From positions 2,790,001 to 2,854,000 of the forward strand of contig CATNEN010000001.1 of NCBI GenBank assembly GCA_950097015.1: DNA of 64,000 bases, in the 5' to 3' direction. Below, in pieces: positions 57,049-64,000 of this stretch (positions are counted from its first letter, which is position 1; the number at the start of each line of letters is the position of its first letter). The translations under genes and the position numbers were made by a program. This DNA comes from Macrostomum hystrix (lineage: Eukaryota; Animalia; Platyhelminthes). A model generated the notes under the pieces. That model was not told the DNA's origin, ran no database searches, and worked only from the letters and a program-made list of their open reading frames with translations.

Positions 57049-59619
57049 ATGCCACCTAAGAAAATTTTTTTAAGTCGCTTGACTAAAGCAGCTCGACGAG
57101 CAACAGCAAGGCCAAACGATACAGTAGAAGACGGCGCAACAACAGCAGCACCAAGACCAAGCACCTTAGCACAGCCACAAGCAGCTTCAAGTGAAAATGA
57201 AGCTGAGCCAGTCCAGCCTTATAACCTTCGACCTCGGACAAGAGCACAGACATCAGGCACCAGTGGAAGCAGTGCTGGAGCTGCAATAAGTTCTACAGCC
57301 AGTCACGGCAGAGACGTAGATAGGCGACGAGAGCTTAACAGAGAGCGAACTGCCGAGGCCCGTCGCAATGAGACTGCAGTCCAGACACAGCAGCGCCAAG
57401 AACAGAACAGAGACCGGACTGCCGAGGCCCGTCGCAATGAGACTGCAGTCCAGACACAGTGTAGAGTGTAGAATTACGGTACTATTTATTTTTAACCAAT
57501 AGTGCGCTAACTGTTCTACTCATTTCGCTTAAGTAGTATTTGTAGAAAAGCGAACCAGAAAACATATAAGTACAGCATGTGATTCATTTCACCGAAAATG
57601 GAAAGCGAATCAATCAAAAAGTCATGTGATTACTATTAATAGTATCCAATCAATTTTTATGTCATAAGCAACCAGCGATCCCACCAATCATGTTACCCAA
57701 AATCAATCAAAAGGTCAAGAAAGCGATAATCCATCTTTTTGCGCTTCTACTAGTTTAGTTCTAAAAAAGTCTAACCTCTCAAGTTGTCAAGCGTTGACCC
57801 AGACTTTTTGACACCATTTTGACACCTGTACTTTAAACGCACTCATCGAACCCGAGAGGGTCCGATTCTCTATAAATACAAGAGCTCCGAAGCGAGCCCA
57901 GATTCACAGTCTCGCCGAGACGAGCAGAGTCTCGCAGAAAAGAGAAAACGGAGAGTCTGAAGTAGATTGGACTCCAGGTCCAAGACTTGTGGTAAGAGTA
58001 CCTTGATTTATCCTAATTAATTAATTATTAATTAGTAAAGCTTCCTTGAGCTAAGTAAAACCTCTCCGAGTAACCGTTAAACCAACGATTACAGCGTAAT
58101 CGCAGACGTGTGATTACATTGAATATATTACAAAGGGTGAGCGCCAGACTCGTGGTAAAACCTACCAGGGCTGGTAGGAAGGAACACACTCCACAAGTGA
58201 CTATTGGTTAACCGACATCAACGACAAATCAGAATCAGGAAGATACCACTCCTGATTACTATTGGCCCAGTGTAACTGCAACCGAGACGAGGAGAATAGA
58301 TTAAATTCTCTTGCATTCAAACGATCCAGGTACCTGAAAGACAACCAGAAGCCAAGCGCATCAAAGCATTCGAAGCCGGCCGCAAACAAACAAAGAGGAC
58401 CAGAGAACCACAATACCAAAGAAGGTAAGAACTAAAACTTCTGCTAAATTAGTAGTAATTACTGGGGCACCCAGCAGTTGCTGGAAGTGATAAATTCCTA
58501 AAAGATAAACAAGGAAGTTATCAACAGCAGCGCCAAGAACAGAACAGAGACCGGACTGCCGAGGCCCGTCGCAATGAGACTGCAGTCCAGACACAGCAGC
58601 GCCAAGAACAGAACAGAGACCGGACTGCCGAGGCCCGTCGCAATGAGACTGCAGTCCAGACACAGCAGCGCCAAGAACTGGACAGAGACCGGACTGCCGA
58701 GGCCCGTCGCAATGAAACAGCCAACCAGGCTGAAGTGCGTCGGCAGGATGATCGAGAGCGGCATAGGGAACGCGCTGAGACCTTCCAATTTGTTGGACCA
58801 CCCCCGGCCCCAACAAACCCCAACGTTGACGAACCTGATCAGCCAGCTGGCCCACGTCCTTGGGCACTGAATGCGGCTCTGAGTTATGATCAGAGCTATG
58901 ATCCCTCTGTTGTCTATGGTGTCCATCCTAAACTTGCGATGGCGAGAATGTCGGTCAAATGCGCACGCTGCAATGCATTAAGATGGGCCAACGAAACTCC
59001 AGGCATGTGCTGTTCCAACGGAAAGGTCAGACTTGAACCTTTGAACGAGAACCTGCCACCATGCCTTCAGCATCTGTTGCTGGGTGAGACAGAAGGTTTC
59101 ACCTACAAGTCAATTGATACAACGTTGACTGATGACACCGCTGTGGAGTATCCTGTTGAGTTTCTGAACTCTCTAGATCCTCCTGGAACTCCATCGCACA
59201 ACTTGCAGCTGAAAGTTGGGGCACCAATTATGCTCCTCCGCAACCTGAATGCGCCAAGGCTGTGTAACGGCACCAGACTGATAGTCAGGCGGCTCTTCCT
59301 ACACGTGATTGAGGCCACGATAATGACTGGATCTGGCAGAGGAGAGTCTTTGTTCGTTCCCCGGATTCCAATTATCCCCACGGACCTGCCATTTCAGTTC
59401 AAGCGACTGCAGTTCCCTGTGAGAGTGTGCTTTGCGATGACTATTAACAAGGCTCAGGGACAGTCGCTGAAGGTGGCTGGAATCAACCTGGAGACTCCTT
59501 GCTTCTCGCATGGGCAGCTTTATGTCGCCTGCTCCCGTGTTGGAACTCCAGCTGGCCTATTCATTTTCGCACCAAGGGGAAGAACGAAGAATGTGGTGTA
59601 TACCCAGGCCTTGAGGTGA
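57049..59619 (+). pseudogene. Internally deleted Helitron RepHel (N-terminal 23-aa repeats + Zn finger fused to PIF1 C-terminus), interrupted by solo LTR
   Basis: MPPKKIFLSRLTKAARR; 69-bp repeats; CARCNALRWANETPGMCCSNGKV; then immediately TYKSID...LKVGAPIMLLRNL...TINKAQGQSL...HGQLYVACSRV. Joining 57049-57459 to 58528-59619 gives a 500-aa open frame. Confidence 0.85.
57460..58523 (+). mobile_element. Solo LTR (1064 bp)
   Basis: TG...CA ends, 4-bp TSD ACAG (57456-59 / 58524-27), TATAAATA at 57871. Cleanly splits a coding repeat. Confidence 0.85.
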
Positions 59620-59771
59620 CTCGCAAGCAATTAATAGAAAAGTAGTCACGAATTGACCTTGACCTGTCTAACTCTGAACTCTGAAACAGTTTAATTTTGT
59701 TTCTTTGACATTGTTATTGTTATGCCATGGCTATTTTCCTTATGTATACGCGTGTACATGCATACTGTATA

Positions 59772-60075
59772 CAGAGGCAGATTTAGGGGGGGGGGGCGGG
59801 GGGGCAGTCGCCCCCCTAAATTTTAATCATGGGAATAAGATGCCCCCACCAGGGGCGCCAGTCGCAGCACTGGCGCCCCTTTTCGGCCGCTGGCGCCCCT
59901 TTTTCAGCCGCTGGCTCCCGTTTTTCAGCCGCTGGCGCCCTTTCTTGGCTCCTGGCGCCCATATTGCGGAAGGAGGGGTGTACGCCGGAATTTTCCGGCG
60001 TACACTTGAGTTCTATGGCGTACACCGGCGTACATTTCTTGGCTGTGTACAGTGTGGCGTACACGACTGGCGTAC
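59772..60075. mobile_element. hAT-type MITE end with ~20-bp subterminal repeats
   Basis: cagaggcagatttaggggggg...gtcgcccccc followed by gctggcgccc and ggcgtacac repeats. Partner TIR not seen. Confidence 0.4.
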
Positions 60076-60812
60076 AAATTAATATAAAGAATTTTTTCGT
60101 GCATTTTGTGTTAAGTTATTTAAAAAAACATTTTTTCTGCTACTATTTTCTCATTTACTAATCATTTTAATTACCGGAATCGTCACGACAATCGTCATGT
60201 CGTGATCAATTTTTTGTAATTAAAAATTTAAATTTAAATATTCGTCGATTTTTTTACCGTTAAACTGTGACGTCGTGAAGTCATATTTTTTGTTGTTGTT
60301 GTCGTTGATAAAGTTGCAAGTCTGTGTACTATTACATTGAGGTTAATTTTTGTATCAGTTAGGTCAGTAAAGTTATCTGCTAATTTATTTATCTGCAGTA
60401 CTTGAGAATTTGCACTTTAAATTTGTTTTACATTGCACAATTTTTGAAGACTTTTAAAAAGAGCGAAGCAATCGCGAACCCTTAAAACGTATAGCTGGCG
60501 CTAGCAGTATGCATCTCAGACTTTATAGTAGCCAACGGCCGCGCACTGTCTAATAATCTCAATCTAATAATCTAACGTCAATTGAAGAACAAATATACCG
60601 CTACACGTTCGCCATTGCCTATCGTCTCATAATTTGTGGAGGTCCCACCTCAAAGAACCGAACTCGGATCTCGGGATTCGCAATTCAGTACTCAGCAATC
60701 AGCATTTCAACCACTGAAATGTTTGGGTCTTTTACAAGCCGATGACCGCCCTCATGAAAATATAGGAGTGTGGAAAACGACGGAAGAGTCGGAAGGTCGA
60801 TCGCGCTGCTGC

Positions 60813-63072
60813 CGCGAGTTGTCGCGGAGAGGGATGAGATGAAGGGAAGGATGAAGGGAGGGATGAAGGGTGAGATGAGGCGGTACAAAGGATGCAAGGA
60901 GTGGTCCTATTGGCCTCAGGCTGGCCAGTCCCACTCGTCCCATAGGCCACAGGCATGACTGCCGTGCCTACCCCTAGCAATGCTCGAACCCGGCTAAAAG
61001 TCTAAAGTGAGGCATCGGACTATCCGTAGACAGATAGGACAGGGCTAGAGAGCCTACTGTCGTCAGTAGCATGTAAATAACCGACTCCTAACCTTGGTGG
61101 CGGTGGTCGAAACGGCCCAGGCTCTTGTCACAGAAATGCGGAAAGGCTATTGGCAAAGCGGAAAAAGAACTCGGGTAGCGCCACCACCCAATGCGCCTAC
61201 GTTGCCACCCACCGCAGACATTTGGGAACTTGGGTCCCCGGAGTACACAGCTCCCAGTTCATCACACAGATCTAGACAAGCCGAAAAAAATAGGGCATTC
61301 TGCAACTTCCGTTTTAGACTGGGGTGAGAGCCCCAGAATGGATCGAGACACGCCTCAAAAGGGGATTCCTGAATTCGCGCTACAGGGGTCTAGAAAGGTG
61401 GTACTAAGAACTCGAATGAAAATCCATAGCCGGAATCCCACTCATGAAACATCAGGCACATTCCGTACATTAGACTGCGGCCTACACATTAAGTAACTAA
61501 CAAATCCGAATCCGTGTGAGATGAGGAAATCAGAGCCAGGAGAGATTAAGCAGAACACTGGCTGAGTGATTATGCAAGCGATGATTATTAGATCACACCT
61601 CTCGCTCCCATGGCCGAAGTTGCGAGGGCGGGGAATAGAAGGAGAATTCAATTGACAAAGGAGTTTGACGCGCACACTGGAATCCGCCAGTGAGTGAGGA
61701 AAGCCGGCCAAGGAATTCCCCGCCCCTAGGCAGCAATGCACACGCTACATTCCGCATTTTACTCGCAAATCCCTAGCTCCTTATTACTCTCATGCGCGCT
61801 CACAGTTGTCTTCCTGCCGCAGCTTTCAGCTCGGCATCACCAGAGCCCACCCCCTAATGAGTTAGCCACTCATGATCGAGGGCTGTCTAACAATGAAATA
61901 AAAGCGAAGGAGAGACATAGTAAAAGGAATTAAGTTTTTGTAAAATTAAGCCCAATAAGTTAAATGATAGCTGTGATTAGAAAGTTTATTAGGCTAAACA
62001 AATCCCTAGTTTCCCTCCCACTAATTGCCGCCAAACCTAAAGTGTTAGTCCCTTAGGAGTAATAATTACGAAACCGCTGCGCGGGTTACTTATCTGGATG
62101 CTGATTCGGCCGCGTGCTGCAATCCTGTAGCTCTCGGGGAAGGGATAGGGCAAAACAGCAAGGCAGAGAAGGGGGAAACTGCTGCGAGTTGGCAGGGGCC
62201 AACACACGGGGAGCACAGTGGCTCAATTTAGAGCTCACCTAAAGAGGTGGCTTGCGCTTAGGGGATGAGGAGCAGGCAATGAGCCTGTGAGCGCTTGTTT
62301 GAGCTTATAGCTCTGGGGTCTAAGCCCTAAGTGGATGTGGGAAAAGTGCCTTAGGTCCGGTGGGAGTCCGGTAAGGCAAGGTAAGGCTCCCGGAAGGTTC
62401 CGGTAGGGAAAAGGGGTAGGTAAAAAGGTGGGGAGAAGGTTGGTAGGGCGGTCGGTTAAGGAAAAAGGTTCAGGAAAAAGGTTGGAAGGTAGGTTCGCCG
62501 GTTCCTAGGGGCAGCGCAGCGCGCTTTCTTAAATAGTCCTGCAGCACGCCAACCCCGACATCCATCAAAATAACCCACATTCGCGCCAGCCTTTCAACGA
62601 GGAATCGAAGCGGCGATGGCCACCCCGATTACCCAATGAACCAGCGGCGAGAAACGACAGATGCTCCTTCACGAGCAGCCGCCGACAGTCGGCCAATAAT
62701 TGTTACTCCGCCAGGACAATGGGAAGCGCAGGCGCCGACCTGCCTACAGTGACATTTACACGTATCTAAAAGAGGAGGTCATAAAGTCGAGCTGGGCTCG
62801 AATACTGTAAAGAAGTGGGGACATGAAGAATTAATGATCACTCATAATGCCCGAGTGATTCCCGATATCTGATCGCGGTTTGGAGGAGAATTATGACCTA
62901 AACTACTCATACAATAAAAGCTATAGCCGCGATCAGTCATTCCTACAGGGGTCTAGACAGATCCAGGGAAAAGGGATTCGACGGCTACTTAATTCACCGC
63001 CGCCCAAAACCCGGCCCTAAGATTAATGATCTTGTTTGTGGCCAGCTGCTAGGTGGGTCGCGATTATTAGGT
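60813..63072 (-). repeat. LTR copy D (diverged subfamily, both ends truncated)
   Basis: Colinear with A/B/C. It jumps to internal sequence at ~63075. Confidence 0.9.
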
Positions 63073-63156
63073 GGGTCGTAAGTCGCGATGCTTACTTACG
63101 TGTGAAGTGCGTAAGCATCACCTAAATCGCTACAATACTTGTTTGTCCGGAGTACA

Positions 63157-63789
63157 TTGGCCCAGCAGCAACCTGGAGAAGAAAGGTGAGTTATTGCTTC
63201 TACTCGGCCTCCCAAGGCCGGTTATGAAAGGTTAATTGCGAGGGTTATGTCATAATAATTAGGATAACTAGAGTCCCCCTTACCCACGGCACGCCATTTA
63301 TCCCGAGAATCTGAAATTGACCCCGACCCGAAACTGCGAAAAAAAACCCTTCCTGAGTTAGTGATTGATTAAATTGAAAGTTATTTAGTTTGCGATTGCC
63401 ACCACTATTCTTCCACTACCTAATCGGACTACACCACCCTTCGCTTTCAGCAGCTATCTGCCCGGTCCCTATGAGCCAGAGCCTCGGCACCGGACAGCGT
63501 CGGGCGGCCCCATCGCCATGTCATTTGTGATGAGTAAGTTGACATTGAAGAGCCTACATTCCCTCCCAACCTGGGTACCACCCTCGAGACTTCCACCTGC
63601 AAACCGCCACTGCGCCTTACTAGACTACTCATCCACCTTACTCTTGCAGACATTAACGTGCCCGAAGGCCGTGAGGCCGATTTGGCGGCCATCGTGTCCG
63701 GGTTTATTAGGGGCCCGCTGGGCATGGCCCTGGCCGCCGGAATAGCATTCGCTGCCATCACGCTCCTGGTGCTGATTATTCTTCTGTGA
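63157..63789 (+). CDS. Second, diverged copy of the antisense 3-exon membrane microprotein gene (exons 63157-63185, 63451-63533, 63650-63789); start codon is TTG
   Basis: (L)AQQQPGEESSYLPGPYEPEPRHRTASGGPIAMSFVMNINVPEGREADLAAIVSGFIRGPLGMALAAGIAFAAITLLVLIILL*. Same intron phases (2,1) and same 83 codons. AATAAA at 63870. Confidence 0.7.
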
Positions 63790-64000
63790 CGACTACCATG
63801 ATTACCTACTGACTTGCTATTCCGCACCTAACTGTATGCATTTCCGCCATTGTGCCATGTGGCAATACAAATAAAACCGTCACCATTTGAAACGTAAACG
63901 AGAATTCGCTATCTGTGTCCGACTTCCTTTCGTAGATGAAACATTATTGCTCAAATTGAAATAGCTGCGGGTTTGCAATCCGATGATCTGTCCTCGTGAA

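Noticed and set aside
1-64000. Uni-strand piRNA-cluster-like orientation bias
   Set aside because: Only the long-LTR family is co-oriented. Helitrons, LINE, hAT and the other gypsy are on the opposite strand, and this cannot be judged without small-RNA data.

Overview
This is eukaryotic, TE-saturated DNA: GT-AG introns, microsatellites, and no recognisable conserved host gene or RNA gene. It is probably an invertebrate such as a flatworm (inference only). From left to right: (1) 1-12840 is the 3' part of a large Helitron. It carries an intron-containing PIF1 helicase end, a small zinc-knuckle cargo gene and a spliced RPA70-like cargo gene, and ends at a hairpin+CTAG joined head-to-tail to a new Helitron 5' end. 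(2) An apparently intact Ingi-like LINE (HDV-like ribozyme, 2A peptide, 3 PHD, APE-RT-RNase H) is inserted in frame into the cargo gene. (3) A P-type element with a THAP remnant. (4) KDZ/Zisupton-like remnants. (5) Six pieces of one long-LTR (2.3 kb) gypsy-like family. The near-complete copy (20591-31496, minus) has only gag and protease, a novel ORF in the env position behind a splice acceptor, and an antisense 3-exon gene for an 83-aa membrane microprotein. That gene's intron phases, length and sequence are conserved in a diverged second copy at 63157-63789; this is the most novel element found. (6) A second gypsy integrase+LTR remnant, an hAT remnant, minisatellites, and an internally deleted Helitron RepHel interrupted by a solo LTR. 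All calls are by eye; no database searches were run.
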